Source: Octopus vulgaris
Taxonomy: Eukaryota
Assembly: GCA_951406725.2 (NCBI GenBank)
Contig: OX597821.1
Location: 66,898,001-66,962,000 of the forward strand
DNA: 64,000 bases
Reading direction: 5' to 3'
Shown in pieces: positions 14,286 to 27,545 of this stretch. Below the pieces are notes generated by a model. The model did not search any database and was not told the origin of the DNA. It was given only the letters and a program-made list of their open reading frames with translations. The translations under genes and the position numbers were made by a program. Each line of letters opens with the position of its first letter. Within the stretch, counting starts at the first letter, position 1.

Positions 14286-14507
<222 letters not shown>

Positions 14508-15174
14508 GCCGTCAGTAAATCACAAATCTGGAGTAGAAGGACACTCTGTATTACAGAGCAGTAGAGTATACAGAAAAAATAGTTATCGCCAGTTTAAGTG
14601 GTTACCCAGTGTTTCACATCGATAAAGCGTTTAGTTTTACAGCGTTTCTTCAAACCCTAATGGCTGTTGGGCTAAGGCCGCTCGAGAAATATAAATGTGT
14701 GCGTGTACACACACACGCACGCACACACGCACACACACACATGCACACACACATATATATATATTTGAATAAAAGAGGGGTTAAAATACCACTTGCCAAA
14801 GATGAAAGCGAAAGCCACCAATACTACTATAAATACACACATGAGCAATGCAATGAATATTTTTCAAAATGGGTGTACATTCAGGATGGTTTTTGAAGGT
14901 AGTTTACATACCCCAATATCAATTAATTTCATGCGTATATCGATGAGCATGAAATCGCAGCGAGGCCCATAAATATATATACTCGCGTATGAGTGTTCAT
15001 GTGTGTGTGGGCGGCTCTGCGTGTGTGTGGGCGGCTCTGCGTGTGTGTTTGAGTGTGTGTGTGTCTGTGTATGTGTTTGTGTGTATGGGTTTTGTAAGGG
15101 GGTTTGTGTGAGTGGGTTTATGTGTGGGGGTTGTGTGCGTATTTGTGTGCGTGTTTGTGTGGATTGTGTGGGGC

Positions 15175-15221
<47 letters not shown>

Positions 15222-15975
15222 GTGCGCACGTCATCTTGCAGCGTATGAAACTCAAGCTTTCAAAGGATTGGCTTCATAATTTGGACCTTGGAAATATGGC
15301 ATCAATAAGACGTATGAAATCTCCCTCACCTGGACTTAATATTAGGGATGAGAGAGAATATTCTGATAAGGAAACGTCAATAAATATCATTCTGCAGTAA
15401 TTTTTCCATCATTCTCTGTGCAAGTACTGCTCTTACGTAGAAACCACGTTCACTTGCATCATGAGGCCATTGCATAACATTACACCATAACCACAATATA
15501 ATATTAAGATGGGAAAATAACAGAGAAAAATTACTTACATACGTTATAACATTCCACACAAAAACAAAACTAGATTAATCACGTAAACAGTACTCATATC
15601 GTAGTACAATGCCAAAATTATCAGGCAAATGCGAGCATCAGTAAATTAACTCGAACTCCAGACATAAAAAGAAAATAACGATCAGAATTTGACAAAACGA
15701 AAGCGAGTCAACACGTGACAATGGCTGCATGGTGCAAGTAGTCGAACAGTTTTCGGTCGAAAAAATCTAAACAAAAGCAGTCAGTATATAAGAAACAACA
15801 CAGACACCCCATAAGTTTAAATTTAATTCTTAATAATGAGACTGTGAAGGTCAGGAAATCACCGAATAGGGATTTAGGAAGCCTATAGTTCCAGAACAAA
15901 AATAAGATGAAGATAAGAAATCTTTAGTATAATAAACTGAAGATAAAATTAAACGCAAGCGTGCTTAATACATGC

Positions 15976-16039
<64 letters not shown>

Positions 16040-16073
16040 ATGTATGTATACGTGCATATATATATATATATGT

Positions 16074-16119
<46 letters not shown>

Positions 16120-16231
16120 ATATACATATATATATATACATATACACATATGTATATATATATATATATAAAATTATATATACATACATATATATATATT
16201 ATACATAGATACATATTTATATATATATATA

Positions 16232-16300
<69 letters not shown>

Positions 16301-16329
16301 CTTTGATACATTGATACGCTGACAGAATC

Positions 16330-16610
16330 GGCCAATATTGGCCAAGGGCATGTCTAACTTAATAGCACCACTTGGCAAAGACATTCAAATCAGGAATCGG
16401 ACAACATGGCCCACTCGAAGAGGGACCTATTGTTATGGAGACATATACCGGTTTAGAAGGTTTGACCAGGATCTTTTGAAGGATCTGGTCCAAAGACTTC
16501 TTGAACTTTATGGGGTCTGTTTCTGCCTTAATGTATTTTGGTGTAATGTTAAAGAGGGAGGAGAAAACTGAGGTGAAATAATTGTGCGGTATTGTTATGT
16601 GATACGAGTA
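16330..16610 (-). pseudogene. LINE ORF2 C-terminal relic (CR1/L2-group-like)
   Basis: NYFTSVFSSLFNITPKYIKAETDPIKFKKSLDQILQKI resembles the L(F/W)NxLP...FKxxLD terminal motif. Confidence 0.65.
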
Positions 16611-16865
16611 TGATTTATGGTTGTGTAGACATAAGCACACTCCCTCCATCAAGTCCATATTTACCTGTACAGGTGCAACGGGGTGCAACGGGGTGCCACA
16701 TGTCAGAGGCCAAAATGATTGCAGAGCAATGTGAAATGATGTCCAAGACTTGGGAGTATCTTAAAGGGGATGCCAACCACATTTGGGCAATGCTAATGGA
16801 ATACTTTCAACATCAGGCAGATGTTGTAGCGCTCAGAGCGGCGTTGGAAAGATGCATATATATGT

Positions 16866-17152
16866 GCATGTATATGAGTTCATGGGCCCGGTTTCTTGGT
16901 TTCTGTAGCGTATGTGTTCCTCCAGCTGGACGGGACGTCATTCCATCACAGCGTCACTCAAGAAACAGGAAGAAAGTGTGAAAGAAAGTTGGGGCGAAAG
17001 AGTACAACAGTGGTTGCCACCACCCCCTGCCGGAGCCTCGTGGAGCTTGTAGGTGTTTTCGCTCAATAAACACACTCAACGCCCGGTCTGGGAATCGAAA
17101 CCACGATCCTTCAACCGCGAGTCCGCTGCCCTAACCACTAGGCCATTGCACC
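16866..17152 (-). mobile_element. tRNA-derived SINE, family D
   Basis: Minus head GGTGCAATGGCCTAGTGGTTAGGGCAGCGGACTCG (A box), GGTTTCGATTCCC (B box); central GATGGAATGACGTCCCGTCCAG reminiscent of a V-SINE-type domain. Confidence 0.8.
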
Positions 17153-17174
17153 AATGCGGCTCCCCTAGACACAA

Positions 17175-17208
<34 letters not shown>

Positions 17209-17321
17209 CGGGAGAGAGAGAGATATATGTATGTATATATATATATATATATGTATGTGTGTTTATATATGCACATATATGTATGTGTAAATATATATAT
17301 ATATATATATATATGCATGTA

Positions 17322-17711
17322 TAAGGCTGTATGGTAAGCAGCTTGCTTCTCAACCACATGGATCCATGTTCAGCCCCACTGAGTGGCACGTTTGACAAGT
17401 GTCTTCTGCTATAGCCTCGGGCTGACCAAATCCTTGTGAGTGGATTTAGTGGGCGGAAACTGAAAGAAGCCCGTCGTATATACTTATATATGTATATATA
17501 TATATATATATGCAGCACGGACTTTGTCAGTCAACAGGTCGCGGATTTTAGCGACGAAAATATTTTGACAAATTAAACTTAAATGTTGAAGTGAATCGAA
17601 CGGCTTTTGTGTGTTTCTTAAATGGCTTATAAACACCTTCCACGCTGCAATTGTTTTCGTTTCAGCACACGATCTCAGATCAAATTACTTGCTATGCGAG
17701 TACATCTCCGT

Positions 17712-17751
<40 letters not shown>

Positions 17752-17968
17752 TTGTGTGTTTTTGTCTGTGTTTGCCCCCCACCATCGTTTGACAACCGAT
17801 ATTGGAGTGTTTACGTCCCCTTGACTTTGCGTTTCTGCCAATAAGTCCGATAGAATAAATACTAGGCTTACAAAAAGTAAGTTTTGGGGTCTATTTCTGC
17901 GACTAAAATCTCTGCAAGGCAGTGAGTCTTTCAACATATCCTTAATCAAATGACTGAAACAATGAAAA
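17322..17968 (+). mobile_element. Family-B SINE with a foreign insert in its internal microsatellite
   Basis: Head 17322-17480, TA tract, unrelated segment 17512-17715, TA tract, 3' module 17750-17968. Confidence 0.8.
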
Positions 17969-18006
17969 TAAATATTGTACACACATACACACACACACAT
18001 GCACAC

Positions 18007-18049
<43 letters not shown>

Positions 18050-18068
18050 TCTGTGGTTAAGGGGTAAA

Positions 18069-18325
18069 GGTGCATGGCTCAGTGGATAAGGTTTTGCAAT
18101 CACAGTTGCGAGATCGTGGGCCCGATTCCTAGAACGGTCCTTGCGTTGTGTCGTTGATCAAAGCACATCATTTCACGTTGCTCAGTGGTCACTTTGGCAT
18201 ATGACATGTGTCATCTGTTGCACCTGTACAGGTAAATGTTGATTTGATGGAGGGAGTGAACTTATGTCTACACAAATATTCGATCATTTTAAACAAATCA
18301 TGTGTGTGGTTGTTCGGCAAGAAAT

Positions 18326-18330
<5 letters not shown>
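18069..18330 (+). mobile_element. Family-C-related SINE
   Basis: GGTGCATGGCTCAGTGG head; TGCACCTGTACAGGTAAATG body also present inverted at about 16620-16690. Confidence 0.7.
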
Positions 18331-18389
<59 letters not shown>

Positions 18390-19104
18390 CATGTGTGCGT
18401 GTATGTGCATGTATGTATGTATGGATGGATTGATTTTTGAACGTAATCTTGTATTGTTTGCTGCCGTCTTGCCGAAGAGCTAAACCTGAACATATACGAG
18501 TAAAACATTGCTAACATTTCAAGTAATCAATTCACACAGTTTTTTCTTCCTTTACATTGTTACACAGTCTATATGTCTATCTAAATATTTGCCAAACTCC
18601 CTGATAAAATAGTTAAGCGAATTTATTTCACTTATATTTAGAATGTCAGGAAAATAACAATAATATTTTTTCCTTGCAGATTAAACGTGGTTAATGTTTC
18701 AGAAAGGAGGTAGATTCCCATTTATAAAAAGCTTAATAGAGACCAGCTGTTTCTGAATTTCTCCATTGGGAATATAGTAATGCAGCAGAACGAAACACAG
18801 GCAGAAAACGCTCGCGTTTAGTTTCCATATATTCCAAAATGCTATGGCTGTTGATGGTAAGTGATTTGAAAACACTTCACACCTGGTAGACAACTAGGGA
18901 AATGAGAAAAACAATAGGTTTAGTACAGGACATATTTGTAATAATAGCTTCTGTATGAACATCATCTAAATATCAACAGCTCATCAGAGTTACTAATGAC
19001 TATAAGCTACCGTGAATAATTACCTCCAGAATTGTTTCCTCCTCCACCCACGCTTAAAAACTACGCATCACGAAAAGTTTCTTATCACATATGCCTCGGG
19101 CAAA

Positions 19105-19292
19105 ATATTGGTTTCAAATTTTGGCATGAAGCCAGTGAGATAGGAGTAGAGGGTAAGTTGACTACATCGTCTCTAGTGCTCGACTGGTACCTAATTTATC
19201 GACCCCAAAAAATGAAACGCAATGTCGATACGGGTAGAATTTCAGCTCAGAACCTAACGATGGACGAAATGCCGCTAAATATTTCGCCCAGG
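19105..19292 (-). mobile_element. Diverged family-A SINE
   Basis: GGTACCTAATTTATCGACCCC...CTCAGAAC...ATTTCGCCC. Confidence 0.7.
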
Positions 19293-20720
19293 AATCATGA
19301 GAAGAAGATTGATGAAGTGAATGGGTGAATAAAAATGGAAAAAGCGGAAAAATAAAATGAAGAATGATAGGATTACGCCCCCCCCCCCCCGGAATTTGAG
19401 AAGTTATAATTAATCTATTTTGGGAATAATTCAACGGAGAGTGTGGTGTCCTCCATTTCGCCAAAAGAAAATGTCCACACACTAGCATCTGCTTAATATT
19501 TCGGATCTGGAATTAAGGAATTCGATGGAGTTCTTAAATCAAGAATGAATGCGCGACCTTCCAGCTACGCATTAATTACATATCTTAGATCTATTTCATA
19601 AGGCATGGATTTCTATACGATTCTGTATTTGATTGTATGTGGTGTGCAGGTGGTCTTCCAACCTCATACATGGGTAACCAACTTAGTGGCTTTACTTTTG
19701 TTGATGTACCGGAAAGAGTGAGGGTTTGCTTAACGCCTTTTTAAAATGCCTTAGCATGAACGTAAAGTAATGCGGTCTTTTTCATTGAAGTATACGCTTG
19801 AGATAATTTAAAACATATAAATACGCACAAAGAAATAATTGGGCTAGTTTTCCTATATATGGCGCCTGTATAACGTTGATTAGTTAATATAGTAATTAAA
19901 AACAGGTAGGTTAAACAACGGATTGCATAACAACAGTTACAGTGGTATTGAGGTCACTTATATGGTAACACCAACAGCATAACCTAGCAAACAGAATAAC
20001 CAAACTCCCAAAAACCGAATATAAAATAAAAATATTATCAATGATAGCGATTTATGAGCAAACAGAATGTTTTAAGAGCAAAAGGACTAGGTGAGGTTTG
20101 GCAGAGAGATCAGCTATCCATTGATCTGGTCAGGGAAGAGCTATAGAATGGCAAATAACTTAGCAAAACGAGATACGATAGCGTAACCTAAAGATAGGTA
20201 CGAAATAACATCCAACCATCAGATGAAAAGGTATGAATAAATAATACTCGCGTTTTCTATAAGAAGTAACAGACTTACGTCAACTAAACAGATTTACGAA
20301 AATATGTATAAAGATAATGATTTCAGAGGCAAAGAGCATGTAAAGACTCTTGATAAGCTACGCTGGGGCAACAACCAAGTTGGGCAATCATATGAGGGAA
20401 GACGAGAAGCAACGATACAATGTTGGTACTATATATCAAATGATAATCGAAATAAAGTAAAGAATCTGATAATAAATCGGGAACCCATCATATTCACAAA
20501 TGATACGATGACAATCATAGACAATAGCTTCACAAAACAGTAAATAATATATGACTAAGTATACTGGCAATCATACAAGAAGAAATGAAGTTGTTTCAAA
20601 ATACACAAAGTATAGTGGAAATAGCAAAAAGCCCCAAGTTGGACTGATATTGGCTCAGCCAAATAGACTAAATAGCTGTCAAGAAAATACTCTTCGGGAG
20701 AAAAAGGAACTCACAATATG

Positions 20721-20775
<55 letters not shown>

Positions 20776-20894
20776 ATGCAATAAAAATGGTAAATAATTT
20801 TCCTGTGGTTTTTCATGTAACCAACAATTATTTACCGGTAAATTTCGGTATGTAAATACGACAAATTAATTGTCAGGACCTTTGTAAGGTTCAG

Positions 20895-21246
20895 TATATA
20901 GTAAAGAAAATAAGTTGGCTAGCAGCAAGCTGTTTCGCCTCATACCGAAGGAATTAGAAATGGCAGTCAAAGACCGTTTTTCCATTTCTATAAGTGGAGA
21001 TTCCAAAAACGAAGGCCCTTGCGGCTCACATACACAAAATCGGAGTGGCAAATATACGAAGGCAGTCACTTACCGTTAGTGACTGCCTTCGTATATTTGC
21101 CACTCCGATTTTGTGTATGTGAGCCGCAAGGGCCTTCGGTTTTGGAATCTCCACTTATAGAAATGGAAAAACGGTCTTTGACTGCCATTTCTAATTCCTT
21201 CGGTATGAGGCGAAACAGCTTGCTGCTAGCCAACTTATTTTCTTTA

Positions 21247-21253
<7 letters not shown>
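20895..21253. repeat. Near-perfect palindrome, 176-bp arms with a 7-nt loop
   Basis: Left arm 20895-21070, loop TACCGTT, right arm 21078-21253; one mismatch found, also visible as GPSFLESP vs GPSVLESP in the mirrored ORFs. Confidence 0.97.
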
Positions 21254-21337
<84 letters not shown>

Positions 21338-21509
21338 TATCTCGCTTACATTTGAAGATACTAATAATCAGGCGTCAGAACTCAGTGTGTATATGCTTCA
21401 GAACAAAGTGTTATTCGAGTTCAGAGCAGTAATATGAAATACATATATGCGCGCATATACATACATACATACATACATACATACATACATACATACATAC
21501 ATACATACA

Positions 21510-21540
<31 letters not shown>

Positions 21541-21552
21541 TCACCTTATGTG

Positions 21553-21699
21553 TATGTGTGGTAAGAAGCTTGCTTCCCAACCCCATGGTTCAGTTCCACT
21601 TCGTGGCACCTTGGGTGAGTGTCTTCTACTATAGCTTCGGACCGACCAACGCCTTGTGAGGAGTGGACTTTGTAGACGGAAACTGTAAGAAGCTCGTCG

Positions 21700-21702
<3 letters not shown>
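21553..21702 (+). mobile_element. Family-B SINE 5' module
   Basis: TGTGTGGTAAGAAGCTTGCTTCCCAACC...GGCACCTTGGG...GTCGTATATA. Confidence 0.85.
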
Positions 21703-21772
<70 letters not shown>

Positions 21773-22322
21773 CATAGTGGTATATGTTTTAAAGAGCCAT
21801 GTCTTCATGAAAATCTGCTTGTAGGTCTGCATATATGTATGAATGTATAATAGGTACGTGTGTATGCATGTCTGTACGTATATACGTATGTATGTGTGTA
21901 TAGCTATTATTGAATATTGATATGTGCTGATGACCAATACGGATGACAGGGTGAAACATTGGTCTTCTGTTGTCGTAACTTTTGCATTATATTTGAAGAC
22001 GAACATAAAGCAAGCAGATATGATTATTTCATGCTCCAGGCGTTTGTCCTGTCTGCAATAGATGTCTACCAACTTCATCAATGAATATTTTAATTACATA
22101 TTAAAGTTTGGGGGAAGCAATATAGAATTTTCAGTGCTAATTATACTATTTCCACACCAGCAACAGTTCCCCATTTATTAGTGTTAATCTATGAAGTCTG
22201 CTGGGAGATAATAAGACTTTGTGTGTTCATATATGAATATGTAAATGGTATTATTATAATGTATACATGTATGTTTATTTACGTATCTATATAAATACTT
22301 ACCCACGTATATACAGTTATGA

Positions 22323-22365
<43 letters not shown>

Positions 22366-23712
22366 TATACATACATACATATATATATATAAATAATACA
22401 TGCATTATATGTATTATTTTTTCAATATATAAATGTAGTATATATATATATATATGAAAATACAAACTATAGTCCATATATAATATAATATATATAGATA
22501 CGTACACATGGTGTATATGTGTTTGTCTGTAAGTATATATACCATAATAGTAGGTGCTTATGTGTGCATGTACGAAGATATATGTGAGTGTGCCTTTGTA
22601 TATGTATATGTATATATGTTTACGTATATGTATATATGTTTACGTATATGTATATACTGATAGATATATAGATACATGGATATATAGTTAATATATAAAA
22701 ACATAGAAAGATAGGTAGACTGAGAGACAAAGAAACATACAGATAGACAGATAGATAGATAGATAGATAGAAAGATAGATAAGGGGGGAGTGAGTGAAAT
22801 AGAGATAAAGGAACAAAGAGAGAAACATAAAAGAAGAGAGAGACCGAAAGAGAGAGGGGAGGGAGATAAGAATATACATTCACCTGTATTCACTTAAAAA
22901 TCTGATTCAACACGCATTGTTATTGACGGTCTTTAGGAATGATATGGTGGAATTCAGTCGCTTAATAACAACCCGTATTTCCTATTCGTCATTTCATTGT
23001 CCATGTGAAACCTCAAAACTCACATTGTATGCTTATGTGAAATAACGATTTGAAATGAAACAACGATTTAGGAAACCTCGAGGAGAACTTCTACAAATGA
23101 AAATATTAAAATATTTTCGGTTTGTCCTTTCTTTACATGACTATTTCTGACTTGAAAGGTTTCATAAAATTGTTCTTGAAATCACATCAATTGATTTGTC
23201 TGTGAACAATCTTACATACCAATGAATCTTTTCGCGAATACAAATACACACAAAACACACACACACACACACACAAACACAGACTCGTACACATACACTA
23301 CATATACAAACACACACACATTCTCTCACACACATAGGCGGTATAAATAACAATCAAATCTATGACTCTTTGGTTTTGATAAGAAAGTAGACGTGCAAGT
23401 TCGTGTCACGATTTGAACATAATAGATTGAGAAATAACGAAGAAATTTACAATAAGTGTTTGCTGGACCACTGGTGTGTATTTCTGTAATATGACAGACG
23501 TGTTTTTAAAAACTTTTAGCTTTGCTAGCTAATATATCAAAACATAGAACAAAAGCAGAAAAACTGCTTATGTACACTGATTCCGTTTGGTATGATTAAA
23601 GATTGACAGCTACTGGAAAAATATGAGCTTTGGTGTTCCTGTCTTTTGTGAAAGAGAGTGTTTGAAAGTAGCAGAGCTCAGGAGAGTAGACTCTACATAT
23701 ATATATATTATA

Positions 23713-24047
23713 TATTTCTTTACAACCAACAAGGGGCTAAACACAGAGGAGACAAACAAGGACAGACAAACGGATTAAGTCGATTATATAGACCCCAGTG
23801 CGTAAGTGGTACTTAATTTATCGACCCCGAAAGGATGAAAGGCAAAGTCGACTTCGGCGGAATTTGAACTCAGAACGTAACGGCAGACGTTCTGAGTTCA
23901 AATTCCGCCGAGGTCGACTTTGCCTTTCATCCTTTAGGGGTCGATAAATAAAGTACCAGTTTCGCACTGTGTCGATGTAATTTACTTAATCCCTTTGTCT
24001 GTCTTTGTTTTCTCCCCTCTATGTTTAGCCCCTTGTGGGTAGTAGAG

Positions 24048-24052
<5 letters not shown>
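23713..24052. mobile_element. Head-to-head fusion of two 5'-truncated family-A SINEs
   Basis: Minus copy to ...CAGAACGT (23878), spacer AACGGCAG, plus copy from ACGTTCTG (23887). Confidence 0.9.
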
Positions 24053-24097
<45 letters not shown>

Positions 24098-24173
24098 CAG
24101 ATGTGCTTGTGTTATTCGCTTCCACTGTTTTCCAGGGGCACGTGTGAGTATCTCACTTATATTCTCTCGTAAG

Positions 24174-24232
24174 CTTAACTGAAGACGAACGAACACTTAT
24201 AGTGTTGATTCCGAAATTGATTCAATATTAAG
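24174..24232 (+). ncRNA. Putative minimal type-I hammerhead ribozyme
   Basis: CTTAA-CTGAAGA-[GAA..AACAC-TTATA-GTGTT..TTC]-GAAA-TTGA-T-TCAA-TA-TTAAG; stem I CTTAA/TTAAG, near-palindromic stem III, AUA cleavage triplet. Confidence 0.75.
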
Positions 24233-25149
24233 ATAACGAAATTTAAATGTTCCAAAGGTAGAGTTGCCCGCATTTCAGTTCAACTTTCTGTAGCAAGTAG
24301 ATTAAACGTGGATTTTATATATATATATATAGTCCACACTCTCCTGGACTCTGCTACTTTCAAACCCTCTCTTATATATATATATGAATAGATGAATGGT
24401 AACTAATTCCAGACAGCCTGAGAAGTGTGAAATATCCATCCAGCACTTATTACCAGAGGGCATGAAATTGTAGAAGAAATGGAAGCGAGAGAGAGAGAGA
24501 ATATGAGAGAGGTTAAAACATTTTTTGTAACGGTCCTTGACTTTTTCTATAAGAGAACTCGGAAGGTTGGATATACAACAAGGCCTTTCGCTGCCCTAAC
24601 CACTGAGCCATTGCGCCTCCAGTCAAAAGTATACATTTTATAGACTAGTATGAATAGGATATGCGTAGTTTGCATTCTTTATATAATTAGAATATTTAGA
24701 CACGTTTTTCGAAAGCTTTACATTTCTTGAAGCGTTTTAACTAATAATTTTTTCCCTATGACTCAATATATTAGAGTATACATATATTTAATAATCTATT
24801 AATCTCTATACAAACTCAAACATACTTCTCCTCATACAGACACATATAAACAGACATACACATAGTCATATTTAACAGGTTATCTGCTTTCACAAGATAT
24901 ATGTATGTGCATGTGTGTGTGTACCTGATTGCGCATATACGTATAGATGCATATGGGCGTATGTATGTATGTCTTCGTAGTTTAGCTTGCTGAATCTTCG
25001 AAGTCACAAGGTTCTTGCATGAGAATGATAAATTTGTACACTATAAATGTATAGATTATCCTATCAGATTAATCTAAAATTGTTTTTATTTTAACTGAAC
25101 ATAAAAACAAACACTACTACACATTATACATTATATATATATATTCTTT

Positions 25150-25552
25150 TTTCTTTTTCCTTTACTTGTTTCAGTCATTTGACTGCGGCCATGCTGGAGT
25201 ACCGCCTTTGGTCGAGCAAATCGACCCCGGGACTTATTCTTTGTAAGCCCAGTACTTATTCTATCGGACCCTTTTGGCCGAACCGCTAGTTGACGGGGAC
25301 GTAAATACACCAGCATCGGTTGTCAAGCAATGCTAAGGGGACAAACACAGACACACAAATACATATATATATGTATATACATATATACGACAGTCTTCTT
25401 TCAGTTTCCGTCTACCAAATCCACTCACAAGGCATTGGTCGGCCCGGGGCTATAGCAGAAGACACTTGCCCAAGATGTCACGCAGTGGGACTGAACCCGG
25501 AACCATGTGGTTCGTAAGCAAGCTACTTACCACACATTCACTCCTGCGCCTA
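25150..25552 (-). mobile_element. Full-length family-B SINE (short internal microsatellite)
   Basis: Both modules homologous to 8679-9341. Confidence 0.92.
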
Positions 25553-25559
25553 TATATAC

Positions 25560-25607
<48 letters not shown>

Positions 25608-25931
25608 AGAGTTTTATAGAACGCTTCCACATCTTTCGCTGTGTGTCTGTGTGCTTGTGAGTCTGTAAAGTTGGTCTTTGTGAAGTGATGAAGAAAATTT
25701 CATGTGACAACGAAAAGAACAATCGATATATATTGAGAATATTGTATTAAGATTTAAATTATATCTATTTACAAGAATAAATATGCTTGAAATGATTTCA
25801 CAGGTTGATTGATCGCGGTGTTGCAGTAACCAAGTGCAATCAAAATGGATAATTCCGGTAGCGTAAAGGTGTTTTGACACTGGCACTAACACGAGATGGC
25901 ACTTGTAATCTTGTAGTAAGTTTATGATATA

Positions 25932-26093
<162 letters not shown>

Positions 26094-26224
26094 GATAGAT
26101 ATATAGATATATGATATACATGCACTCATACACACACTTATGTACTTGTGTATATACATATATACAGTCACATGTATATGTATAGGCGAGTGCCTGTGCT
26201 TTGCGAGTGTGCATCTTTGCTTAA

Positions 26225-26420
26225 TCCGCTTTTACTTGCTTCATGTATTGGACTGCGGCCATGCCGTGGCTCCATCCGTTCCCAGTACTTATTTATAATG
26301 CATGAAACTTATTTTACCGAACCGCTAAGATAGGGGACGTAAACAAACCAATACCGGCTGTTCAGTAGTGTTGGGGGACAAACTCGCACACAAACGCACA
26401 CAAACAGACACCCACCCACA
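26225..26420 (-). mobile_element. Family-B SINE 3' module, degenerate
   Basis: GACTGCGGCCATGC...CCGAACCGCTAAGATAGGGGACGTAAAC. Confidence 0.7.
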
Positions 26421-26570
26421 CAGATACACACACACGTAAATGCACACGCATGTATACATTATTTATTTAAAGGACACTACATGCCTTTAATTGCTACTAA
26501 TAGTTTCATATGCTGAGAAATTCCTCGCACATATTCGTCAGTGTAATGAATATATTTAAAATATTTATCA

Positions 26571-26966
26571 AGTGGCTGTGTGGTAAATAGCTTGCTTACC
26601 AACCGTATGATTCCCGGTTCAGTCTTACTGCTGGCACTGTGGCAATATAGCCTCGGGCCGACCAAAGCCTGTGAGTAGATTTGGTAGACGGGAACTGAAA
26701 GAAGCCCGTCGTATATATATATGTGTGTGTGTGTGTATGTATGTATGCATGTGTGTGTATATGTTTATGTGTCTGTGCTTGTCCCCTCAACATCGCTTGA
26801 CAAACGATGCTGGTGTGTTTACGTCCCCGTAACATTAGCGGTTCGGGTAAAGAGACCGATAGAATAGGTACTAGGCTTAGAAAGAATAAGGCCTGGGGTC
26901 GATTTTCTCGACTAAATGCGGTGCTCCAGCATGGCCACAGTCAAATGACTGAAACAAGTAAAAGAA
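26571..26966 (+). mobile_element. Near full-length family-B SINE
   Basis: AGTGGCTGTGTGGTAAATAGCTTGCTT...(TA/TG)n...CCAGCATGGCCACAGTCAAATGACTGAAACAAGTAAAAG. Confidence 0.92.
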
Positions 26967-27064
26967 TATACAAATATGAACACTTAAAGACATGTATTGT
27001 GTCCTCTAAATAAGGAATATCTCTCACCAGATAAATTAAGTCTTTTGTTGAATTTTCAGTACAT

Positions 27065-27172
<108 letters not shown>

Positions 27173-27501
27173 AAAGCTCACGTATATGGATGCTGGCTTG
27201 TCCGAGTGTTTAAAGAGTTTATTCCATTACGCAGTGCCTATTACCCTAGCCTGAATAGACTCCAGTTGCTCTAGTGAAATTGGTAGGATTGAAATGGCGT
27301 CAGCCCCTGGGATACGAATTCACCTGTAATTGAAATATCGAACTCTTCCATATACGATGGCACATGTGCTGATTGTGTGTCTGTCGAATATTCGTTTTGG
27401 AAACCAATATTTGCTTTTTTTGCTACAAAATGGAGAAAACATACATATAATCATCATATATATATGTGTGCGTGTGTGTTTGTATATATGTATATATATG
27501 T

Positions 27502-27545
<44 letters not shown>

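Noticed and set aside
20866-21270. Two near-identical ORFs on opposite strands (toxin-antitoxin or antisense gene pair)
   Set aside because: A trivial consequence of the DNA palindrome
21922-21968. Hammerhead-like CTGATGA...GAAAC...GTC
   Set aside because: No stem I complementarity and a poor stem II; likely chance
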